DNA of 64,000 nt, taken from IMG/VR virus record IMGVR_UViG_3300005573_000001, one strand, 5' to 3'. The DNA is from a virus. Made by a program: the position numbers and the translations under genes. Under the pieces are notes generated by a model. That model worked only from the letters and a program-made list of their open reading frames with translations. It had not been told where the DNA came from and searched no databases. Below, one piece after another: positions 8,235-18,000 of the stretch. Within the stretch, counting starts at the first letter, position 1. Each line of letters starts with the position of its first letter.

Positions 8235-11200
8235 ATGAACAAGTATCAGGCATACTTGAACAGGGAATACCTGAATACACGAGCACGGGCCACCCGTCAG
8301 CGCCATAACAGAGAAGAATCAAGAGAGAGATTTGCCAACATAGTTGGCAGTCTAGCTACCGCAGCCGGGATAATCGGCGGCGTCTACTTAGTGCGCTCTG
8401 GAAAGCTTGGAGACCTGCTTGGTGGCACACTAGGAGAAGGGCTCTCTCGTAATATAGGCAGTGTCAAGCGCGGGGTGGCAGCCGTCGACTCTGCAATACA
8501 GGCCATCAGTGCCGGCATTAGGGAGCGGGGACTTCTTAAATTTCTCGGTGGCGAAAGCACAGAGTATATAACAAAGAAGTTTGGCCGCATCTATGCAGGA
8601 ACGCTGCGTAAAACAAGTACCGCGCTCTCCGGCACAAGCACTATGATAGAAAACATGGCCAAGAGCTTCGAGCGCATAAGTAGTAGTGCGGAAAAGTCTA
8701 TTATATCCCATGCACGCCTGAATACTATTATAGACAGCGTAGAGAAGCAATTCGGCTCCGAGGTCGGGGCATCGTTCAAGGCGAGTGCTCTGGGTGCGCT
8801 ACAGTCAAGCAAGAACCAAGGGCTCTTTGATACACAAAGCCCCGAACAGTTACTCAAGAAGATAAAGTTAGACAAGAGGATTAGCGCTGAGCAACAGAAG
8901 CAAATCTTTGAACATATACAAGGGTTATACAATAGCGGAGCTCTTAGCGACGGGAACCTTATGAGCCCTGCCAGCGTTAAGGAGCAGGCTGAAAAATTCC
9001 GCCAAGCTATACTGAAGGGTGCCATAGAGACACTAACCCCCAAGAAAGAAAGTATCATGGCTAGGTCTATTCTGGCAAGTGGGGGCAGATACGCAACAGC
9101 CAAGGACATCATAGATAATCCCGACCTAATCCTCAATGAGTCGAGGTTTTTCGGCGTAAGGGAACGGGGTATTAGTAGGGCTAAGGAGTCAATCAAGACG
9201 GGACAGTCGGCGTCTAAGCTAGTCCATGAACAGGTGAGAAGGTTCATCGACGAGATGGTGGCTAACGGTGCGGACCCAAGTAAGATTATAATAGACCCTG
9301 GGGTGCTTATAAATAAGGCCGGAGAAGTAGTAGATATACGCGGACTACAAGATGTGTCCCGCCGCGCCATAAGTTATCTAAGTAATAAGTTTGCTATACC
9401 TTTCGTCAACATAAACCCACTAAATCTGTTACACTTCAATGCACAGGAAGCTGCCCGCGAGGCCCCTATGATGACCGAGCTCTTTCGTGGCGAGTTTCAG
9501 CCCGTAATTACCGGCACGCGCACAAGAATGGAAGAGACACTAGTTCGCGTCGGCAGTAAATTATACAACTATTCTGGCGAAGTAGTATCTAAGATACAAG
9601 GAGGCTACCTTACTTCTAATAGATATGGTACTCAGAAGGAAATTCTAGAGGCCATGGCTGCTGTTGGGGAGACACCAAACCAGGGAATATTACAGGAAGT
9701 CTTGGATATAGGCGGCCAAAGGAGAACATCGGAAATTAGACGGGCTATAGGGTTTTTCAGGAAATTCAACGACCCCGACTGGTTGCCAAATAAGTTACGC
9801 GACATAGAGGATGAATATAAGGTATGGAAAGGTACTAAGGGGGCAGAGTTTCCAAACAGGCGACCTAACGAGGCCATAAGACAACTCTATAGCATATTCA
9901 ATCGCCATGCAGATACGCTAGATACGGATACAATAGAGAGCCTGTCAGGCAAATTAATGGATGTCTTTAAGGGTGTCGGATTCACACCCGAAGACTTTAT
10001 GATGGAGACAGAAGAGGATGTTATGCTTACTCTAAGTAAGTATATATCCAGCAATTATGTCAACCATAACAACCTTATTGATAGACAACTTATTGCGGCT
10101 GCTAAACAGTTTAGGGAGAACCCAGAGGCATTCTTTAAGACAAAGGAAGCTGTCTACAGTCAGGGACCTCCGTTCAATGCCGCAGAGAACCTGCAGTTCA
10201 AAGGCACGTTTCTGCGCACAAAGGTTGGCCGCGTAAAGAGGCAACTACAGCAGCAGTTTTTACAGAAGCTAGCCGATTCGGGTAACTTGCAAGAGTCCGC
10301 ATTAGAAAGCCTTGACGCGTTGCAGCAGCATAAGGTAAATGACCTTCTCACCCTGAACTGGCTCAACGGCTTGCAGTATGACATAAAGAATAATACAGGC
10401 AGACAGGCTGAGAAGATATTCGCAGACGTATGGGCGAATCCCGAGAGCGAAATAAGGTATGCTAAGAATTATACAGAATCAATAAGGCGTAATGTCCGCA
10501 AGTACAACTCGCGTTTCAGTAGTTGGGTCCTTCCGCAGACAGAGACCAGCGAGTTTGGAGACCAACCGTATCTATGGGTTAACAAAGCCGTAAATCCATT
10601 CAAGGCAACCCTCGAGGCTATAAACGAATCCCTCACGAGCGGGAAGAATATGCTTGACGCCATTAAGGAGGCTACAGCAGGCACGTTTTCCCAATTCTTC
10701 GCAGGCCGCAAGAATTTACGCGACGTGACTACGGCGACAATGTTCCCATATTACTTTATGTACCGCCTCAACACTGGGATAAGCACGGTAGGACTAGGGC
10801 TGTCAGAGCATAATATGGGAAGCGCACAGCAAATATTCGCCAACTTACTCGCCAGGCGTTACGGTGCTACCATGCTAGCTCTAGGACTAGCCTCGTATCT
10901 AGCCTATGAAATTGGCAATGCTACTGGTAAGAAACCACAGGATGTCGCGGCCGGTGCTTACGTAAATATGACGCTTGGCATGGCCAAGGTCAAGGACATT
11001 TTCGGTATTACAAACCTCTCTAAGTGGACGTCCAACCTATTTCCAGGATCAGAGCGTCTATGGCAGAACCCAATCGGGGCCGCCATAAAGTACGGCACAT
11101 TCGGGTTAATAGGTGACGACCGGAGCATGGAAGAACTCAAGCGCTATTACCAGAAAGGAAGCGACCCTATTCGAAGTGGCCGTTGGTGGGGCATCGGGTC

Positions 11201-14200
11201 TACGACAGAGTTCCGCGGCTGCCTCACTCCAGAGTCCAAGATACAATGTAGGGGCGGTATGGTAAGCGCAAAAGACATCCGGTTTGGAGATCTGGTACTA
11301 ACGAAGGATGGAACATACCACCCGATAACTGCCATAATTCCAAGAGACACCGCAGAAACAATCTATAAGGTTACTACTATACTGGATGATAGCGAAACAG
11401 TATGGCTTACCGGCAATCATCAAGTACTTGCCATACACACCGGCCATACGCCAGAATGGGTGCCTGTAGAGAATATTACACTTAACGACTATATGTTGTA
11501 CCCCATACCAAAGGGAAACAACGACAGCGATACAATATCCATTGGTGGCACGGTGCTTACCGTTAACAAGTCGCTAGGTAGATTAGTCGGGCTATATACC
11601 GTCACAGGACACTGTGAAACAGGTACGGCCAGCATCTTTAAAAGCCTGGTACCTGGAGAGAATCAACAAAGCAGACACTTGTCCAATACTATAATGGATT
11701 TGTCAAACCTGGACTTCTGGCTTGGCTTTATCGAGGCATTTGAAACAACGAGTATCGAAGTCGCGAACTATCGGCTAGCTAAACAAATACAACATATTCT
11801 TCTAAGGCTCTATATCGTCGCGTCAATATCAACGTCGAATAATGCATACAGAATAGATTATAGTAGCAATAATGGGCTTTATAAGTGGGCAGACGACGAT
11901 ACGCTGGCTGTCGCTATCAAGTCTATAGGGACCGCCTATTACAAGGGGGTAGTGTATGACTTCTCGGTAGATACAGAGCCAAGCTTTGTATCATCCGGTT
12001 ACATTATGCACAACTCAAAGATCTCATACTTTGCGCCAAACTGGTACCGTCGCATGAAGTCAGATTACATGATGACGGACGTAGGGTACGGATCAGAGAG
12101 TGAGTATTGGGCTAACAACTGGCTCCCAACGCCGCGTAACCCGCTTGGACCAATCAAGACAATGATACTTGACCCAAACCATTGGCAGCGTAAACACCTA
12201 AAGGATAGGCCAGCAGCTGTTATAGGCGGAGTCCAAGAATTGCAACAGATACCCCTTGTGGGGCCATTGCTTGACACTACAATCGGTCGAGTCTTAAATC
12301 CACGCAGGCTGCGTGCAGGGTATGCCAGGGCCCACAGGCAATATATCAATAGGATTAACGAAGAGATAAAGGCACGCTACGAACAAGAGAGTCAAGGTGG
12401 GTACTACGAAGTACAGCCAGGTGGCGGCCTAGTTCCTGTCGCAGTCCCCGACGTAATAGAAGCCGGAGACGAGGACATAGTTCCCGCAACAGGCTTAAGG
12501 CCTGGTTACTACGGACGCAACGTGTCAGTTAGTGGTATCCATATCACCGACGAAGTAGCGGACAGCAGGCGGCGCGGGATGGGATATGGTGCAGCCCTAT
12601 CAACCTCAGAACTAAGCGACATCAACGCTAGCTTCACCGCAGGGTCTCGCGTAATACCTATTAGTCCTGCTGCAATGCTCAACTCCATTATGTCTAATGA
12701 AGACTATATGGACGCTTTCCTGCCGACTACTAATCCAAGCAGCGTTTCATACCGGCTTGGCGAAGCTAAGTATAGCCTGACTGAGTTAGCCGGCTTATAT
12801 GGATTCACATTTAATATGTTGTTCGGCGGGGAGGGAGCTGCCTCTGGACCCGTCTTACAGTATGGCGGGGATGCATGGAGCATACAAAGAGCCTTCTGGG
12901 ATATGGGGCTTGGAGGATTCCCGGGAGAACTATCAGAGATAGGACGTAGGTTCATACCGAAGAAACGTACGGAGAGACAGTGGAGTCCGTTCAGGAATAC
13001 GATGCCAGAATGGCTGCCTATGGAGTTTCAATATGGAGACCCCTTTACTAAGATAGCACGTGGAGAAGCGAGACTACCCGGCAGCGGATACGAAAGCCTT
13101 AACCAGCTCCATCCAGATATGTTCGGCGAATATGGAGCAATCGACAGATTTAAGATACTCGCCGATATAGCTCCATACTCGGAACAATACAAATATTACA
13201 GCAAGATACTTACCCTATACAACCAAGCCGGGCTGCTTTCTGACGAAGAAAAGGAAGACATACGGGAAATCAAGCATCAGGTCCATCAGCAGAAACAACG
13301 CTATGACATGACGCCGTATAAGTTTCTATATGCTCACACGCAAAGACATAAGGTCAAGATTAAAGAGGTTATTGATGACATTACGTTCATAGCGGAAGGG
13401 TATGCTCATCCAATGAGATTGGCTGGCATAACCATGCCGCCACAATCGGATACCAGTCCCGGAGCACAAGAGGCAAGAGAATACCTCAGGTCGGTTATTC
13501 GTGGCGGCGCAACCATATGGATAGAAACCGACGCAGACCCGCTCTTCGCTGTCCGCGGCGACGTGATGCAGACTATGAGGGTAGCAGTCTTCGACCAGCA
13601 CGGCGAATCTGTATCCAGTAAGTTGGCACGTACCAAATGGGGCGGCCAGAAGGGCGTAGTCAAGGCTGATTACAAAGATACGAGAGCGACTACAGTACGT
13701 GCGTTATATAGCAAGGGCGAGATAACGGTAGGTAAGGTTTGGGAGCTGTTAGTACACCGTAATAACCCATTCAACAATAAGTTTATGCAGGTACGTAGTC
13801 CATACGAACAATACGTTCGAAGGATGGTATACGGCAAAGACTTTAGAACGTGGCAACACCCAATTAAGGGATTCATACAACCTATTATAGACACCAACGC
13901 GATGCGCAACCCAATACTGGCTACGGCAGTGGGTGCACTCGGAGGATCTCTATTCGGAAGGCGCGGGCAAACCGGGGCCAAACTAATAGGGGCCATTATC
14001 GGCGGCGCTATTATGGGCGGGGCCTCATCTCTACGCGCAATTAACGAGACATGGAATAGAATAACCAAGAGATCCGACTATACGTGGATACCGAAACGCC
14101 GCAGACTAGAACGTGAAATCAACGAATACTTTGATAGACTAACATATATAAAGTATAAGGGCCTATACGAGCGAGCCAGAGAATTGGCTCGCAAGGAAGA

Positions 14201-15035
14201 AGGCGTAGACGTAGAAGAACTAGCCAAGTCTGCTCGAGGCGGCAAGGCAATCAGCAAGCGCAGGAGAAAGGCGTTAGAAGCGCGTAAACGTTGGGTATAT
14301 ACCAATATGGCAAACCCGCTAAACGATCCAGACGTCTGCAAGGCGGAGCTTCAGGCAATAAACGAGGAACTTGGAGAAGTCAGCGGAGACACCGCTAAGA
14401 AGTTATATAGGCTTGGGCCTCTTACTATGAAAGCGCTCGAATTCAAGGGTATATACGAATCCACCCTATATGGCGCGACACCTAGCGGAGACTTACAGAA
14501 GATAATAAGGGCCCTCCCAAAAACAGAGCGTGACTTCTTCTCCGGTTTCCTAACGTCGCCTCCAGAAGAACGAGAGAAAATACTACGAGTAGTTCCTCAG
14601 AACGAACGTAGGTTCCTGCAGGCAATGTGGGGTCTAAAGCCAGACAAGGTGAAGTCAAACGAAGAGTATTTCATGTACCACAACTTGCCGGGACCCCTAT
14701 GGGAGGGCTGGAAGCCAGACGTCTCACTCGAGGCTATCAAGCTAAATACAGCCAAGGCAATGGGCTTGGACGTATCAGACCTAGGCTTTTACCCAAGCGA
14801 TGTCAGCGAGGCTAGAGGAGCTGGGAAGGTTTACACTGGCAAGGGGCTAAACTGGTTCAGCTTCGGCAAGCTACACGGGGTCCTTAAGGGCCTTGGACTA
14901 AAGAAGATAGACATCAAATCTTACCTCGGAAATACGCCGCTTTACGATACACAGGTAGATATAGAGGTCGAGTATGACCGTAAGAACGATATAATTAAGT
15001 CAATGAATGATAACTATAGATCCCTGTTCAGGTAG
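8235..15035 (+). CDS. Tape measure protein (2266 aa precursor, about 2001 aa after intein removal) with degenerate thermonuclease-like domain
   Basis: Very long helical-type protein after the tube and chaperone genes, with several Gly/Ala-rich hydrophobic segments (SLATAAGIIGGVYLV; ATMLALGLASYLAY; ILATAVGALGG...IGAIIGGAIMGG). Confidence 0.75.
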   Translation: MNKYQAYLNREYLNTRARATRQRHNREESRERFANIVGSLATAAGIIGGVYLVRSGKLGDLLGGTLGEGLSRNIGSVKRGVAAVDSAIQAISAGIRERGLLKFLGGESTEYITKKFGRIYAGTLRKTSTALSGTSTMIENMAKSFERISSSAEKSIISHARLNTIIDSVEKQFGSEVGASFKASALGALQSSKNQGLFDTQSPEQLLKKIKLDKRISAEQQKQIFEHIQGLYNSGALSDGNLMSPASVKEQAEKFRQAILKGAIETLTPKKESIMARSILASGGRYATAKDIIDNPDLILNESRFFGVRERGISRAKESIKTGQSASKLVHEQVRRFIDEMVANGADPSKIIIDPGVLINKAGEVVDIRGLQDVSRRAISYLSNKFAIPFVNINPLNLLHFNAQEAAREAPMMTELFRGEFQPVITGTRTRMEETLVRVGSKLYNYSGEVVSKIQGGYLTSNRYGTQKEILEAMAAVGETPNQGILQEVLDIGGQRRTSEIRRAIGFFRKFNDPDWLPNKLRDIEDEYKVWKGTKGAEFPNRRPNEAIRQLYSIFNRHADTLDTDTIESLSGKLMDVFKGVGFTPEDFMMETEEDVMLTLSKYISSNYVNHNNLIDRQLIAAAKQFRENPEAFFKTKEAVYSQGPPFNAAENLQFKGTFLRTKVGRVKRQLQQQFLQKLADSGNLQESALESLDALQQHKVNDLLTLNWLNGLQYDIKNNTGRQAEKIFADVWANPESEIRYAKNYTESIRRNVRKYNSRFSSWVLPQTETSEFGDQPYLWVNKAVNPFKATLEAINESLTSGKNMLDAIKEATAGTFSQFFAGRKNLRDVTTATMFPYYFMYRLNTGISTVGLGLSEHNMGSAQQIFANLLARRYGATMLALGLASYLAYEIGNATGKKPQDVAAGAYVNMTLGMAKVKDIFGITNLSKWTSNLFPGSERLWQNPIGAAIKYGTFGLIGDDRSMEELKRYYQKGSDPIRSGRWWGIGSTTEFRGCLTPESKIQCRGGMVSAKDIRFGDLVLTKDGTYHPITAIIPRDTAETIYKVTTILDDSETVWLTGNHQVLAIHTGHTPEWVPVENITLNDYMLYPIPKGNNDSDTISIGGTVLTVNKSLGRLVGLYTVTGHCETGTASIFKSLVPGENQQSRHLSNTIMDLSNLDFWLGFIEAFETTSIEVANYRLAKQIQHILLRLYIVASISTSNNAYRIDYSSNNGLYKWADDDTLAVAIKSIGTAYYKGVVYDFSVDTEPSFVSSGYIMHNSKISYFAPNWYRRMKSDYMMTDVGYGSESEYWANNWLPTPRNPLGPIKTMILDPNHWQRKHLKDRPAAVIGGVQELQQIPLVGPLLDTTIGRVLNPRRLRAGYARAHRQYINRINEEIKARYEQESQGGYYEVQPGGGLVPVAVPDVIEAGDEDIVPATGLRPGYYGRNVSVSGIHITDEVADSRRRGMGYGAALSTSELSDINASFTAGSRVIPISPAAMLNSIMSNEDYMDAFLPTTNPSSVSYRLGEAKYSLTELAGLYGFTFNMLFGGEGAASGPVLQYGGDAWSIQRAFWDMGLGGFPGELSEIGRRFIPKKRTERQWSPFRNTMPEWLPMEFQYGDPFTKIARGEARLPGSGYESLNQLHPDMFGEYGAIDRFKILADIAPYSEQYKYYSKILTLYNQAGLLSDEEKEDIREIKHQVHQQKQRYDMTPYKFLYAHTQRHKVKIKEVIDDITFIAEGYAHPMRLAGITMPPQSDTSPGAQEAREYLRSVIRGGATIWIETDADPLFAVRGDVMQTMRVAVFDQHGESVSSKLARTKWGGQKGVVKADYKDTRATTVRALYSKGEITVGKVWELLVHRNNPFNNKFMQVRSPYEQYVRRMVYGKDFRTWQHPIKGFIQPIIDTNAMRNPILATAVGALGGSLFGRRGQTGAKLIGAIIGGAIMGGASSLRAINETWNRITKRSDYTWIPKRRRLEREINEYFDRLTYIKYKGLYERARELARKEEGVDVEELAKSARGGKAISKRRRKALEARKRWVYTNMANPLNDPDVCKAELQAINEELGEVSGDTAKKLYRLGPLTMKALEFKGIYESTLYGATPSGDLQKIIRALPKTERDFFSGFLTSPPEEREKILRVVPQNERRFLQAMWGLKPDKVKSNEEYFMYHNLPGPLWEGWKPDVSLEAIKLNTAKAMGLDVSDLGFYPSDVSEARGAGKVYTGKGLNWFSFGKLHGVLKGLGLKKIDIKSYLGNTPLYDTQVDIEVEYDRKNDIIKSMNDNYRSLFR
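11220..12014 (+). mobile_element. Intein (265 aa) in the tape measure gene, with degenerate LAGLIDADG remnants
   Basis: Block A CLTPESKI, block B LTGNHQVL (TxxH), block F VYDFSV, block G YIMHN followed by Ser+1. Internal LVGLYTVTGH / FWLGFIEAF / RLAKQIQHILLRL correspond to decayed blocks C/E/H. Confidence 0.93.
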
Positions 15036-15042
15036 GTAAAAC

Positions 15043-18000
15043 ATGGCAGATAATAGACTCGACAAGATTAAGATACATGGGATTACGTATGTAAGGTCAG
15101 ACAAGCTAAGAACGATAGCTGTAACGCCCAAAGCAGCGCCCTTCAGCGATATACAAGAGAATAAGGTAGATGAGGTTTTCAGCAAGCTGCAAGCTGCAGA
15201 CAAGAACGCAGCCATGTTAAATTCGCCTATGCATCAAATTAATGCTAACGTAGACTTTGGGCGACCTGATATAACGTATCGGAATTACTGCAACATCTAT
15301 GAGAACGGCGGCCAAGTATTCGCGTTCGACATCGAGGGCAACAACACTATTATTGGCGGCATAAAGCAATTTGGTGTAACAGAGATTGGTATACATGGAT
15401 ATAAGGTCCCAGCTAAGGCTATGCGTCAGTCTGAGTCAATAACAAAGAGTAGTAGCTGGAATGCGGCAGTCAGGCTTTCGTCGCCACAGGCGGCATACTA
15501 CAAGAAACTACTGGATAGCGGGGACTTTGCTAGCTTATCTGAAGGAGACGCATGGGCCATATCCACCTTGGCTTCGTATAGCGGTGCCAAGTTTGGACCT
15601 GATGGCAGTATCGTCTCTAAAGGTCCGATACGCGTTTCTCCCAGACACGTAAGGGAATGGCTAGAATCAAGCGCATCTAACGTCAGAGCTGCCCGTGCTG
15701 GCTTAGAGGCGCTTCAGAGACATGGCTTGCCATTAAGTCAGGCTGCCGCACAGGTAAACAAGTATATAGCCGATAATACGCTACCAGGAATGCCAGTATT
15801 CTCGCTTGGGCAGGGCAGCAGGGGGTTTGACCTTCCGATACTACAGCGCGCAGGATTTAATTTACCGACCGATCATATAGACATGTTGGAGCTTATGACG
15901 CAGTCAAAGGAAGCTCCAGAGATACTACGTGGCGCTGCGGACCACATAGTTATGAACTATAGCTTGTCGTCATATGCTAAATCGGTTCTTGGACATGAAG
16001 AAACACACTCGGCTGCCGCAGACGCGGAACTAGTCGGTACCCTGTTTGAGAGAAGTATCTATAAAACAGACAGGCTTAGTCTTGGAAAGAAGAAACCAAT
16101 CAGACAGATGTTCGCAAACCCAGTAGGGGCAGCCATCGAGGCCGATAAGCTATACGCACTGCGCAGCGCATCGACATCCGACGGCAAGGTCCTCTTCGGC
16201 GGTGTCTGGGAGAATGTCAGTAAAAGTAAGAATGGCGAAATCAAGTGGCGACTTAATAAGTATAATACATACCCTGTTAGTAAATATAGTATGTATAGTG
16301 CCTATACATACGATATGCCTGTAAGCGCCATACCTAAAGATATGGCCAGTAAACTAGCCGAGGAACATGGAATTGCGTCTGACGAAACGTTGAAAGTATT
16401 AAAGCTTACTGAACACGGCGGCGACTACGTGTCGCGAATGGTGTTTAGGAACCAAGATGACTTGGAGGGGTTTATACAGCACACCTTTGGACGCCCACCA
16501 AAGAATGGGGCCGCGACAGTAGAGCGACAGGCCCACATGATAGACCAAGCACGTAGACAGTATATCAATACATGGAGCGATGTCGCCAAGTTTACGAAGT
16601 ATACTAAGGCCAGTCAGATACTCAAAAAATACGTAGATACTATGAGTGCGGCTGGAGAAAGATATAGTATACCGACGTTCAATACGATCGACGAGATGGT
16701 GTCTTACTGGAACGACGTCGTAAAGAAAGTTGGCGGCAAAAATCCTCTGAACACAAGGTCTCAAATCAGGGACTTTATCATGCTAGGAGATAGGTATGTA
16801 TCTGAAGCAATGGTTAGAGGGGAGCTTCTCAACGAGCTTCCAACCCTTGAGGACTCATACAGCAAACAGGTAGCGGTACGCCGGCTGTATCACGAACTAA
16901 AGTCGGCTGGCGCACTGCCAAAACCAACTGGAGTTCCATACGCGTCCAAGGCATTTATCCTTAATGTAGACGAGGAGCTTGGAGAGCAGTATTATACCGT
17001 GCTTAATCGCTGGAACAAGCGTGACTTAATACGAGGAATAAACAACGCCATCTATGGTTCAGGTGCAAAGAACATCGGAGCTGTAAATCGAAGAGCTAGA
17101 CTAATCGTTCAAGAACTTGCAGATAGAGGAGTCGTTGACCAGTCTGTAGCTAAAACGTTGCTTGACATGACTACAGGTAGAGGTATCGTAACGCCAACAT
17201 ATATATCCAGCAAATTAGCTTATGCAATCCAACATGGTCCCAGCCAAGATATGCCTAATGGCGAAATCCCTGAAACAATAATGGGGATACCAGTAAGGGG
17301 CACAGTAGAGGACGTACGCAGCAGAATCCGCACAAGAGCTGCCAACGGCGCAGTAGAAAGGGCATTATCCTTTACAAGGCAATTCACCTCCGGTCCCGCC
17401 TCAGGTACAGGTAAACTTACACCAGAAGGTGAGGCAATACTCGAGAAGTATCAGAGTAGGGTTACCAAGAGGCTTAAAGAGAGTCTCGGGGTTACCGGTA
17501 ATATCGGAGAAATAGTAAAGACTAAGACTGGAGCTCGTATCATGATCTCGGTTCCTAATATGAAGGACGAGGTCAATAAGCTCATGGAAAACTGGGGAAG
17601 ACACGGCTTCAGTACTACGCTATCATATGATAGGACGTCCAACACGCTATTAGTTGCCGCGCAACGAAAGAGCATACAAGGCGCTACAGATATAGCGGAG
17701 ACGATCTCTAGCGGAAAGGTCGTTAGGTTTGCCATACCCTTAAGTCATGCCGAGGGATACTATACGATAGGCGGAACACGTAGAATGGCTCCTTTCTTCC
17801 TAAAGGAGGCCAAAGGCACAACACATCGGTTCACGGACATGTCCGTAGAGCTTACACGAAGGTATGCAAACTACGCTAGACTTGTCGCAGAAAAACTAGA
17901 GAGCGGCGCTAGCTATACTGAAGTTAATAATATGATACAGTCACTTCCAGGCAAGATGTTTATGGAAATGACAAACTTGGACTCCGACCTTAAGACTACA

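Noticed and set aside
8591-9370. 259-aa minus-strand ORF, and the many other minus-strand ORFs in the track (e.g. 47290-47910, 28725-29252)
   Set aside because: They lie antisense to long, motif-bearing + strand genes, lack recognisable motifs, and look like shadow frames.
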